Shown here: positions 1 through 8,843 of the stretch, piece after piece | Layout of the letters: each line of letters begins with the position of its first letter | How positions within the stretch are numbered: the first letter of the stretch is position 1 | IMG/VR virus record: IMGVR_UViG_3300027741_000027 | Location: 32,001 to 96,000 of that record | Length of the DNA stretch: 64,000 bases | Source of the DNA: a virus | Direction: 5' to 3' (one strand) | Notes under the pieces: model-generated | Told to the model about the DNA's origin: nothing | Database searches by the model: none | The model's input: the letters and a program-made list of their open reading frames with translations, nothing else | Made by a program: the position numbers and the translations under genes

Positions 1-1701
1 GTATTCAACAATTACAGGTTCATCAAATGCGTATGTACTAGTGCCTGACTTCAAGCCAATGGTTGTTGATGGAATGGATGTAATTACCGAAGCATCGGTT
101 AAACCGGTTCCAGCGGTAAGGCCAGTTGTTGTGCCAGTTGTTGTTGAAAGTGTAAATGCAACCGTCGAACCCAGCGTGGCTGGAGTTGTAAAGGTAACGT
201 AACCGTTAATTTTTGTTGAAGAAATTGAATAAGTTGTGCTAGGTTGAAGTCCGGTATTTGCATTTAATGTAACGGTTGCAACGCTTGGAGAACCGGCAAA
301 AACTATTGATGCAACACTTAAAGTAGTAATTTGAGTCGATGAAATTGCGCGAGCAATGGTATTTGTTAAAAGTGATACTGGTACGCCAACGCTGTGATCT
401 GCGGCAATCGTGCCATATTCTGAATTGTAAACGCCAGTTAAAGTTGGAGGAGTTACTGATGTATTGACACCGGTATAAGTAAACAATTCGCTATCAATTT
501 TAACTGTTCCGCCCGTAGCTGGGAATCCACTGACTGATGAAACCGCAATTGTTCCGGGCAAACTTAATGAAGAAGTAAAAGCGGTTGCAAGAGTGGTTGA
601 AACAGAATTAGAATTTACTACCGAATATTGAGTTGAAGACGAACCATAATTAATCGTCAATGATGTTGTTGCTGCTACCGTTCCAGCAGTAGTACAAAGC
701 AAGGTTGCGGTGTTGGTTCCAGCGGCAGTAACAGTGTATGTTGGTCCGTTGGTGCCAGACGTTACCGTTCCGCCAAGAATTGCTGAAGTCCAAGTCCCTC
801 CACTTACATAAGATGAAGACCCTACAACATTGCCCGGAGCGGTTGTAACGGTTGTAGTAATTGAAGTTGGAGGAGTAGTTTGATTAACATAAATGGTGAC
901 ATTGCTACTAGATGCAGTTGGAGCATTGTTTACGGTAACGGTTAAAGTTGTTCCGTTAGCGTCAGATGTCACATTTGTAACTTTTGTATTATTAGGGATA
1001 CCTGTTCCTGCTACTGTTTGACCGATTCCCCAAGGATTATTAACGCTTGCAGTAAAATATGCAGTTCCACTAGTAAGAGTTACACCAGATTCGATAAAAC
1101 CGTCATAACGTGTACCGGAAGTATTATTTGAAGGGGCATTTGACGCAAGAGTAACCTTGTTAATTGATACAAGTTTGCTGCCAGTTGAAATTGAAGGAAG
1201 AGTAATCGGAACGCCAATTTGCTTAATGCTGGCTTTAAAAGTACCTGCAAAACTAGTACCGGGAACAACAGATAACTTATCAGTGGTACTAGCCGTTACT
1301 AAAACAGTAACATCGGTAACGTCTGTTGTAATGGAACCTGAAACATTTCCAATAATGTTGCTGCCAAATGTGATAGATGCAATGTTGGCATTAGTTGAAG
1401 TTGTTGCGCCAGTTACAGTATAAGTAATTTGATAAGTAAATCCAACAGTTGGAACAAAACTATTAGTTAATGCAACAACGCTGCCAGTAGTGTGTGAATA
1501 AGGGCTAGTGGTTCCCCAGTTTGTTCCAGACCAAGTACTGGTTAAAAGCTCAGGGCTAGTAAAAGTAACAGTATCAGTCTTAGTCACGCCCGCAATAGGA
1601 GTAGGCCCAACAAGGCAAAGAGTGTCTGCTGTAGCAAGCAGAGGGGAAACTACTGGATTCGTATATTCAGTTACTGATACGCCGGGTGGATTATAAGCCA
1701 T
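1..1701 (-). CDS. Contractile tail sheath protein, N-terminal part (runs off window start), with long T/S/G-rich inserted beta-domains
   Basis: Not in the ORF track because it lacks a stop in the window. I translated it by hand: ATG at 1701 with AAGGAG upstream, open to base 1 (567 codons). It starts MAYNPPGVSVTEYTNPVVSPLL, a typical sheath PGVxxxE start, and lies directly downstream of the tail terminator-like gene. Confidence 0.75.
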   Translation of the reverse strand, partial: MAYNPPGVSVTEYTNPVVSPLLATADTLCLVGPTPIAGVTKTDTVTFTSPELLTSTWSGTNWGTTSPYSHTTGSVVALTNSFVPTVGFTYQITYTVTGATTSTNANIASITFGSNIIGNVSGSITTDVTDVTVLVTASTTDKLSVVPGTSFAGTFKASIKQIGVPITLPSISTGSKLVSINKVTLASNAPSNNTSGTRYDGFIESGVTLTSGTAYFTASVNNPWGIGQTVAGTGIPNNTKVTNVTSDANGTTLTVTVNNAPTASSSNVTIYVNQTTPPTSITTTVTTAPGNVVGSSSYVSGGTWTSAILGGTVTSGTNGPTYTVTAAGTNTATLLCTTAGTVAATTSLTINYGSSSTQYSVVNSNSVSTTLATAFTSSLSLPGTIAVSSVSGFPATGGTVKIDSELFTYTGVNTSVTPPTLTGVYNSEYGTIAADHSVGVPVSLLTNTIARAISSTQITTLSVASIVFAGSPSVATVTLNANTGLQPSTTYSISSTKINGYVTFTTPATLGSTVAFTLSTTTGTTTGLTAGTGLTDASVITSIPSTTIGLKSGTSTYAFDEPVIVEY

Positions 1702-1762
1702 TATTATTCAAATGCTCCTTGTCAAAAATTAAGTGGTAGTGAACGGCATAAAGAAAGGTTGA

Positions 1763-2437
1763 TTAGGTCCAATTATTTAAATTTTCGCTGCCTTTTGGAA
1801 GATCGTCACCATCGGTATAAGGATAAAGGAAAGTCTGTTTAATAAAATCAATCGGCACATCAGCGGGAAGGCTATAAAATTCTCCCCAAATGTTTGATCT
1901 ATAAGAAACTTGATAAATTAAATCATCTTCAGAGTTCCAAGGTACAGGATTTTGATTTTCTCCAAATCCATTAATTTTGTCAGAGTTTATATTTATATAA
2001 TGTCCAACTGAATCAGGAATGTTTGATGTATTTGGAGGATAAATTCGATTAAAAAAATTATTTGTATAATCGGCTAAGTTGCCCATCGCTATGGTTTGAA
2101 CCAAAGTGTCAGAGATTAAATCTCTATCAAGAGAAGATAAAGCTAAAATTGAAAATTCTATGTCTCCATTATAAAAATAATGTTTAAATTTCCAAACGTT
2201 ATTATCATTGTCAATTAACATTTCTTCATGTCCGACACCAGCATTACTAATTTCTTTTTCATAAAATTTAATAACTACTGACGGATAACTTTGACGCTCT
2301 TTTGGAAAGTCAATAGTAACGTTGGTATTTCTTAATTTTTCATCCAAGTGATTTTTAAAAACCGGTCTTAATGCTTCAACTAATGCAGTTTTTACATAAG
2401 TCTTATACCTAACTGTTTTTTCAGGTAAATAAGTCAT
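1763..2437 (-). CDS. Putative tail terminator/completion protein (Bxz1-like)
   Basis: VKTALVEALR...IDFP...YPSVVIKF...SILALSSLDRDLISD resembles the cluster-C terminator as I recall it; position immediately before the sheath. Confidence 0.6.
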   Translation of the reverse strand: MTYLPEKTVRYKTYVKTALVEALRPVFKNHLDEKLRNTNVTIDFPKERQSYPSVVIKFYEKEISNAGVGHEEMLIDNDNNVWKFKHYFYNGDIEFSILALSSLDRDLISDTLVQTIAMGNLADYTNNFFNRIYPPNTSNIPDSVGHYININSDKINGFGENQNPVPWNSEDDLIYQVSYRSNIWGEFYSLPADVPIDFIKQTFLYPYTDGDDLPKGSENLNNWT

Positions 2438-3273
2438 CTATCAACCTCTACATTCATTAAAATGTTATTAGCTGGGACAAGTGTTATTTGATATTTTTGA
2501 TTAACTGTGTGACGATTATTTAAATACCCTTTGTTCTCAATTCGCCCATTGTTATCCAAACCTCTCATGGTAACCGGATTAACAATCTTTGCTTGATATC
2601 TCCGCCCCGCAGCGATAACCCTTCCGTTATTACCCAATTCAACATTAATGATTAAATCATTGTCATCTACTTTTGGAAACCAACCCATAGTTAGTTCTGC
2701 CATCTGCGTTTGAAACATAGCTCCCTCTGGAGTCAATTTAAAAAAGTCCTCTGCAATGTCTGGTTGAATGACATAAGTTAAAATACCGGGACCAAATCCT
2801 CTATATTTAGGAGCTTTAGGCCAACTATCGTTAGGAGTATAATCCGATCTTACAACTTCGCCAGTTGAAAGATCAATCCATTCATCGTCTGATTTTTCTT
2901 TTGAAACAAAACCTGATCCCCAAGAAAGATTATCATTGTTACGAGTTTGACCGTAAATGGAATCATAATTAGCTGAGCGCTCAGCGTAATTTTCCTCAAC
3001 ATCTTTGACCGTTAACATCTTTTTAATAATTACAGGTTGACCCATGCGGCGCATCATGTCATGCACTTGACGACGAAGGCGCTTAATGTCTTGCGGGGCA
3101 CTTTCATTCCCAACATATTTAGTGGCATATAAAAGATTGTCGTAAATAGTGGTACGATAACCAATTGATGCTGCCAAATTAGAAGTTGCGGTTAAAAGGT
3201 TCGCGACCTTTGCATTTGCTTTTAAATTAGATTGAGCCGATAAATTGGCTGAGTATGAACCTGAATTAGTCAT
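2434..3273 (-). CDS. Putative head-closure/neck protein
   Basis: 279-aa ORF overlapping the next gene (ATGA), located between adaptor and terminator; function inferred from synteny. Confidence 0.4.
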   Translation of the reverse strand: MTNSGSYSANLSAQSNLKANAKVANLLTATSNLAASIGYRTTIYDNLLYATKYVGNESAPQDIKRLRRQVHDMMRRMGQPVIIKKMLTVKDVEENYAERSANYDSIYGQTRNNDNLSWGSGFVSKEKSDDEWIDLSTGEVVRSDYTPNDSWPKAPKYRGFGPGILTYVIQPDIAEDFFKLTPEGAMFQTQMAELTMGWFPKVDDNDLIINVELGNNGRVIAAGRRYQAKIVNPVTMRGLDNNGRIENKGYLNNRHTVNQKYQITLVPANNILMNVEVDR

Positions 3274-3281
3274 CTAAACCC

Positions 3282-3704
3282 TTAGGTTAGGGTCAGAGTT
3301 AAGCTGCCCGCTGGAAGTGTAAATGTGTCGCCACTAACCGCCATTAAAATTTTTGCCGAAAGGGAACCAAACCAAAGAAGTTGACCGTCACTATCAAAAA
3401 CTCCGATGTATCCAACCGGAGTGGCACTTCCCGAATTACTGCTCCAAGGACCGGTAGAGGTCCAAGTAATGTCCGTGGAATTACTTATAGTGCCAGATGA
3501 TGCAGAATTCCAAGAAATTTGTTTTCTTTGATATCCATTTGTTTGTCCAACCTCAACGCCTGTAATTGAGTTGGAAGTTAAATAATTAACAGTTGGAATA
3601 CTAATAAAAAGCCCTGCATAGGTTGCAGCAGGCATTGCGTAAGATGTTTTGCCAACGCTATGCTCAAGGAGCTTGTTTTCTAAATATGTTGTAATGTTTG
3701 CCAT
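3282..3704 (-). CDS. Small virion structural protein (tail/neck-associated)
   Basis: YLENKLLEH...TYAGLF...GYQRKQISW...TITNxxxITW...YIGVFDS..GQLLWFGSL...GDTFTLPAGSLTLTL, a common phage structural family. Confidence 0.6.
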   Translation of the reverse strand: MANITTYLENKLLEHSVGKTSYAMPAATYAGLFISIPTVNYLTSNSITGVEVGQTNGYQRKQISWNSASSGTISNSTDITWTSTGPWSSNSGSATPVGYIGVFDSDGQLLWFGSLSAKILMAVSGDTFTLPAGSLTLTLT

Positions 3705-3725
3705 CGTATATTAAGTTGTCGTAAA

Positions 3726-4643
3726 CTACCAATAACCACGCCCAACAGATCTTGCCCGCATAGGAGCAGGAATAAGACGACCAGCTTTAGCGGAAACAAT
3801 GAGCTTGCTATGACCAAGTTGAAGGAATCCGCGTTTGTAAAGAGCAACCCATCGCATATATTGCTGCATTTCTAATTCGTACATGCTTTCCCAGCGTTGA
3901 AGATAATCACGACGATCTTGAAAAGCAATTTGCGCACCAGTAGGCATTGGTTGCTCAACATAAGAGCGCATAATGTGACGAAGAACTTGAATAAAAATGC
4001 CCTGAACAAGAAGTGGATAATTGTCAGTAACCGTATTGTCAGCGTTTACAAAACTGTTAATTGCTAAAGCGGTAGGAGGATTTTGATAATTAATATCAAA
4101 AAGAGCGTCTGCAATAAATTTTTCCATTTTTTCTTCACGAAAAAAATGCATGGTCATATCTTGAACCCAAGGACCTTCATTTTCAGCATCAAAGCAATCT
4201 TCAAGTTTAGTCCACACGCCATCTGCTACAACGCGGATTGGAGTATCAACAATTTCAAATGGATCAAAAACTTCAAAATCAACTCTAGTTGACTTTGTTG
4301 TTCCGTCAATAAGTTTAAAAGTTGCAACGGCGATATGATGACCTAAACGAGTAGTGTCATCATAAATTAAAACTCCTGTACCGTCTTCTAAAATTTCGCC
4401 ATCTAAAGTTATCTTTTCAGCGGGGCTGATGTATTCTCTGTTCTTTTTATTATCAGATGGATCATCATCTGTGCGACTAGCGGGCAATTGAATAGTAAAA
4501 GTTACTGATCCAAGGTCTTCATAAGAATAAAGTTGATCATTATCGTCATAAAGACGAGCGACAAGGCGAGCAGAGTCACCTAGCGCAACAATTTTTGTTT
4601 GTTTATCATAACCAAGGCTCATGCAACTATTAACTGTTGGCAA
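3726..4643 (-). CDS. Head-to-tail adaptor/neck protein (Bxz1-like)
   Basis: C-terminal SYVEQP...DRRDYLQRW...KRGFLQLG matches the motif I recall from cluster-C adaptors; TTG start. Confidence 0.6.
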   Translation of the reverse strand: MPTVNSCMSLGYDKQTKIVALGDSARLVARLYDDNDQLYSYEDLGSVTFTIQLPASRTDDDPSDNKKNREYISPAEKITLDGEILEDGTGVLIYDDTTRLGHHIAVATFKLIDGTTKSTRVDFEVFDPFEIVDTPIRVVADGVWTKLEDCFDAENEGPWVQDMTMHFFREEKMEKFIADALFDINYQNPPTALAINSFVNADNTVTDNYPLLVQGIFIQVLRHIMRSYVEQPMPTGAQIAFQDRRDYLQRWESMYELEMQQYMRWVALYKRGFLQLGHSKLIVSAKAGRLIPAPMRARSVGRGYW

Positions 4644-4660
4644 TAAAGAATCTTAAAATA

Positions 4661-4687
4661 AAAAGAGCCGCACAAGGCGGCTCTTTC
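4661..4687. terminator. Bidirectional intrinsic terminator
   Basis: AAAAGAGCCGC-ACAAG-GCGGCTCTTT hairpin with A/T tracts on both sides. Confidence 0.75.
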
Positions 4688-4705
4688 ACTAAAACATTGA
4701 TAAAT

Positions 4706-5017
4706 TTACTTATCTGACTCTTCAGTTGCAGGCTCAGTTTTCTTAGCAGCAGCCTTTTTAGGAGCGGCCTTTTTCACTTCTTCCTTAACAACTTCAGCGA
4801 CCTCTTCAACCTTTTCAACAACTGTTTCAACGACAGTTTCCGCGACAATTTGTACGGTTTCTGCGGAATCGGTTGCAAAAACCTTAAGAGCTTCAAGAAT
4901 TTCTTTAAGTTTTTCTTCGTAGTTAAGTACATCGGTTTTAGCTTGATGAATACGACATTCAATTGAAGTTTTTATCGCATCCAACTCACCTTCATTTAAA
5001 TTATTAATATTACTCAT
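4706..5017 (-). CDS. Hypothetical protein, coiled-coil with K/A-rich tail
   Basis: 103-aa ORF with AAGGA SD; KKAAPKKAAAKK tail. Confidence 0.7.
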   Translation of the reverse strand: MSNINNLNEGELDAIKTSIECRIHQAKTDVLNYEEKLKEILEALKVFATDSAETVQIVAETVVETVVEKVEEVAEVVKEEVKKAAPKKAAAKKTEPATEESDK

Positions 5018-5037
5018 ATTTTTCCTTTAATATTAGT

Positions 5038-5589
5038 TTACAACGAGCTACCCGGAACGTCAACCCTTTCAGGAGCAACGCTGCGGGTAATTTCAGTCGC
5101 CTTTTCCTCATTTGGACGACCCTCTACTTCATTAAGGTGACCGATTGTAATACTTTTTTCTGTATTAGACTTGTCCAGACCTGTAAAATTACCAGCATTA
5201 CCAAGTTGATCGGTAAGAATATCTTCTGGGCGAGGCTGTGGCAAAGTTGATGCATTAGTCATCTGCTTTTCACGGATTGTCTGAGCGTCAGTGGCAGAAA
5301 TAACTTCATAAAGGCTGCCAAGGTTATTAAGGAAGATTGAATCATCTAATTCATCCTTACTAATTGCAGTCATATCATTGCGCTGGCCTCTAGGAGCAAG
5401 TTCAATCTTGCGACCAGATCCAAATGTAACGCGAACATTGACGCCGCGAACATTACGAACATACTTGCTTGTTGACGCGCTCTTTCTGGGAGCGGTCTTG
5501 GGCTTTGCGGCAGGCTTGCGAGTTGCAGCAATTTTTGCTCCAACGGGTTCAGCAGCCTGACCATTAGGGGTTAGCTTCTTAGGTGGCAT
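5038..5589 (-). CDS. Hypothetical head-module protein
   Basis: 183-aa ORF at the position after the capsid gene; basic N-terminus. Confidence 0.7.
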   Translation of the reverse strand: MPPKKLTPNGQAAEPVGAKIAATRKPAAKPKTAPRKSASTSKYVRNVRGVNVRVTFGSGRKIELAPRGQRNDMTAISKDELDDSIFLNNLGSLYEVISATDAQTIREKQMTNASTLPQPRPEDILTDQLGNAGNFTGLDKSNTEKSITIGHLNEVEGRPNEEKATEITRSVAPERVDVPGSSL

Positions 5590-5851
5590 AATTTATTCTC
5601 TCTTTCTATAACAATATAAGACTTGACTTGGTACTACAAACGAGACTTGCCACTGATTAAGACCGGGATTCGATATAGTAATTAGGGAAGCCAAACTAAG
5701 TCTTGACAATTTGACTATATGATATAGTCTTTGTACAAGTCAACGTTTGGCTTTTTATATAAATCGACAAAAGGAGTTAATTCCACTGGTCTCATTCAGC
5801 CCGTTAAGTTGTTAAGTAAGAGGGCTTGCGAAGTCAATGTAGGACAAATGA

Positions 5852-6793
5852 ATGTGTTCCAAGGAAGATATTATGTTATATGCTAAAACAGCGGTTGTAG
5901 TAGCCGCCGTAATCGGTAGTTTTGCATCTACCCCAGAACCAGCGAAAGCTGTTAGTAAACAGGCCCACATTACTACAATTCCGGGTCCTGTAGTAACAAA
6001 AACAAAGAAATATCGCGTAAGGGTGCCGATTCAGCACTTTTCCGTTAGAGCAACCGCTTATTCAACTGAAGGCTGTGATGCTTCAGGTGGCGGTAATATT
6101 ACATCAATGGGAACAACGCCTCGTTTTGGCGAAGTTGCCAATAATTTCCTTCCATTAGGAACAAGGATCTATTTCCCTAAAGCCATTTATGGCAAGCATT
6201 ATTTTAGGGTTGAAGATCATATTGGTTGGGGTTCTCAGCTTGACATTTGGGTTCATTGTGGATATCAAATGAATAATTGGAATAATCCCACTGTTCATTT
6301 TTATACATACAAATGGAAGGTGAAAACAAAGAAGATCCGAGTAAGGGCGTCAATCAGCCTTATTAAAGATCCTCTCAAACCTGTTGTAATGGGTTCTAAG
6401 GCTTTTATATATAAAAATGTAGCCTATGCCCCATCTAAGGCTCCAATTAATGTTAAACGAGTTGTATGGGCCGGAAACAAGATCAATGCGCTTCCATATG
6501 TATGGGGAGGCGGACATGGATCTTTTTTAGATTCTGGCTACGACTGTTCAGGATCAGTATCATATGCCCTTCATGGAGCAGATCTGATCAATACTCCAAT
6601 GGATTCAGGATCACTAATGTCTTGGGGTCAGTCAGGGCCGGGTAAATGGATTACGGTTTACGCTAATTCAGGCCACACATACATGCATGTTGCTGGTATT
6701 AGGTTTGATACATCAGGAGCTAATCCTTCAAGGTGGCAATCTGATTTAAGGCCTAGCTTAGAATATGCTCTTAGGCATCCAAGTAATTTATAA
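5852..6793 (+). CDS. Secreted 3D-domain plus NlpC/P60 peptidoglycan hydrolase
   Basis: Signal-peptide-like N-terminus; 3D domain (VRATAYS...VANNFLPLGTRIY...RVED...LDIW); NlpC/P60 (PYVWGGGH...GYDCSGSVSYAL...GHTYMHV). The start may be the second Met. Confidence 0.85.
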   Translation: MCSKEDIMLYAKTAVVVAAVIGSFASTPEPAKAVSKQAHITTIPGPVVTKTKKYRVRVPIQHFSVRATAYSTEGCDASGGGNITSMGTTPRFGEVANNFLPLGTRIYFPKAIYGKHYFRVEDHIGWGSQLDIWVHCGYQMNNWNNPTVHFYTYKWKVKTKKIRVRASISLIKDPLKPVVMGSKAFIYKNVAYAPSKAPINVKRVVWAGNKINALPYVWGGGHGSFLDSGYDCSGSVSYALHGADLINTPMDSGSLMSWGQSGPGKWITVYANSGHTYMHVAGIRFDTSGANPSRWQSDLRPSLEYALRHPSNL

Positions 6794-6811
6794 AATAATA
6801 TAAATGCAAAT

Positions 6812-6843
6812 AAAAAGGCCCCCATTTCTGGGGGCCTTTTCTT
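6812..6843. terminator. Bidirectional terminator between the convergent capsid and hydrolase genes
   Basis: AAAAAGGCCCCC-ATTTCT-GGGGGCCTTTT. Confidence 0.85.
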
Positions 6844-6863
6844 TACCTCAAAGAGGACTAGGA

Positions 6864-7952
6864 TCAGGCGAGGCCTGAGATGTCTAGCTTCTTGCTTGTT
6901 GTAGTGGTTGTGTAATCAGAGATTGCACCGCCCTTAACAATACGTGAAAGGCCGCGAGCGTTAAGGATGAGCATGCCGATAAGTTCGTCCATGACCCAAC
7001 CCTTCCAAAATGTTTCAACATTGTGGTTCTCTTCAACGTCAAGTGAGTACATGACGGGCATAACACCGACGTAATCAGGCTCAGCGGTAAGGAATACCTC
7101 GCCTTGTGGGACGATGATTGAACGCTGGATCTGGAATTCACCGAATGTGGTGATCTTCTCTCCACCGAATACCTTATCCTTGAATTCAAAGCCAGTTACG
7201 TTGAGATCCCAGTTGTAGAAATCGCGAGCGTCAGCAGGGTGAATGATGACACGGCGAGCTTCAAGCTGGTTGATCTCGATTTGTGAAACAGCGCTGTAAA
7301 AGTCGCTAGGCTCAAGTGGGTTACCATCACCAATAAGGATGGTCTGCTCACCTGATGAACCAGCAGCAATACCGGTCTGACGACCACCGGTAGGAGCAAC
7401 GCCAGCAATAGCGTCATTGCCAGTTGCATTGCGAACCTTGCCAAGCTCAGCAATAGCAGCCTCAAGAAGAAGGATAAGACGGGCGTCTTCCTGCTTCTGG
7501 ATTGCCTGACGGCTCTCGTCCTGTGCGTACTCAACAGCGTTTACACGAAGGTAGTACAGATCTTCCTTACGGATACGTGGGAACGTAGCGATACGGAAAA
7601 GCTGAGGGAATGCCTGCTTGCCTTCGAATGGGGTGATCTTAACTTCCGAGTCGGTCTGGTTAAGGATATAAGCCCTACCTAGATCGTCAAGGATGTCGTA
7701 AGGCATAAGGGGACCGCGCTCAAGAGTATCTTCAATAAGAACATTACGAGTAATGCCCTCATAACGAAGACGAATCTGAATAGGACCGATCATACCCTGA
7801 CCGATACGACGCATTGCGTTCGATGAATCCTTTAGGATTGACTGAAGCTTCTGTGCCTTTGCTTCCTTGGTAAGCTTAGGTGCGTTAGCAAGCTTAGCCT
7901 CGTAATCGGCTGATGAAACAGCCTTGCGTGATGTAATTTCCATATTAATCAT
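6864..7952 (-). CDS. Major capsid protein (HK97 fold, Bxz1-like)
   Basis: RIGQGMIGPIQIRLRYEGITRNVLIEDTL...FRIATFPRIRKEDLYYLR...VMPVMYSLDVEE...KGWVMDEL closely parallels the cluster-C capsid as I recall it. The start is moved to 7952 (or 7943) because the upstream gene ends at 7963. Confidence 0.9.
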   Translation of the reverse strand: MINMEITSRKAVSSADYEAKLANAPKLTKEAKAQKLQSILKDSSNAMRRIGQGMIGPIQIRLRYEGITRNVLIEDTLERGPLMPYDILDDLGRAYILNQTDSEVKITPFEGKQAFPQLFRIATFPRIRKEDLYYLRVNAVEYAQDESRQAIQKQEDARLILLLEAAIAELGKVRNATGNDAIAGVAPTGGRQTGIAAGSSGEQTILIGDGNPLEPSDFYSAVSQIEINQLEARRVIIHPADARDFYNWDLNVTGFEFKDKVFGGEKITTFGEFQIQRSIIVPQGEVFLTAEPDYVGVMPVMYSLDVEENHNVETFWKGWVMDELIGMLILNARGLSRIVKGGAISDYTTTTTSKKLDISGLA

Positions 7953-7962
7953 ATTCCTTTCT

Positions 7963-8727
7963 TTATACCAATAGGTCCACGACAATACGGCTTGTGGCTG
8001 GGCTGTCAATTAAACGAGCAACAGGCATACGGTTTACACCGGGGGTCGTCATGCTTACAAGGCGACCATCTACACCTGCGTACAGGTAGATGCCGCTGGT
8101 GTTATTGACAGTACCTGAAATGGCTGTTGAAATAGCCTGCGCACCAAATGCATTAGTTGCAGTAGTTGCAGTGGTCTGAGCGGTTCCACCAAATGTTGGA
8201 GGATAAGTCAGAGACTTAATGGTGTTAGTGGCGCCGATACCGCCAGAGGCACCAATGGCCGTTGTGACAACAGATGTGCCGCTTGAGCCAGTGCCGTCGC
8301 TGTCGAACGCAGGTGAGAGAATCTCAAACACCGAGTCCGGACCGCGCCAAACACCAACTGAATTTTGAAGAGAGTCTCCTGAGAAACCCTCGTCAAGGTC
8401 GCCGCCAACAAAGTTGGCAAGAAGACCAAATGGTACTTCATTTTCAGCGCCAGTAGCGACTGTAACTGATTCGCCAAGAGCACCCGAGGAATCCTTGGCA
8501 CGAACTAGAACAAGTCCGGGAACAAGGCTACCCTTGAGAGTAAAAGCAGAAGCCTGACGAGCAGTGGCACCAGCAGTAACCGAAGTGGTTGGAAGCTGGA
8601 GCGAACCGTCAGATGCACGAAATCCACTATGTAGATTTGCAGCATAAGGCGTAGCCTGAGTCTGGGCATACAACGGCCTACAAGTGCGCTTCTGATACTT
8701 ATTAGCTAGATTCTTTAGTCTAAGCAT
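7963..8727 (-). CDS. Capsid accessory/decoration protein (Bxz1-like)
   Basis: QKRTCRPLYAQTQATP...PFGLLANF...VFEILSPAFD; immediately upstream of the capsid gene as in cluster C. Confidence 0.7.
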   Translation of the reverse strand: MLRLKNLANKYQKRTCRPLYAQTQATPYAANLHSGFRASDGSLQLPTTSVTAGATARQASAFTLKGSLVPGLVLVRAKDSSGALGESVTVATGAENEVPFGLLANFVGGDLDEGFSGDSLQNSVGVWRGPDSVFEILSPAFDSDGTGSSGTSVVTTAIGASGGIGATNTIKSLTYPPTFGGTAQTTATTATNAFGAQAISTAISGTVNNTSGIYLYAGVDGRLVSMTTPGVNRMPVARLIDSPATSRIVVDLLV

Positions 8728-8843
8728 ATTTGTATTTTCCTATTTTGTTTTGTGATTTTTAGTTTCACGCCTTGTGGGCGCTACGCCGTTTCAATTGTTT
8801 CTAGACGGCGGGTTGTAAAAATAAAGTAATATTCTCTTATTTT

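Noticed and set aside
6864-8009. Capsid start at 8009 as given in the ORF track
   Set aside because: It would overlap the upstream gene by 47 nt. An AAAGGA SD lies just before ATG 7952/7943, which is the better start.
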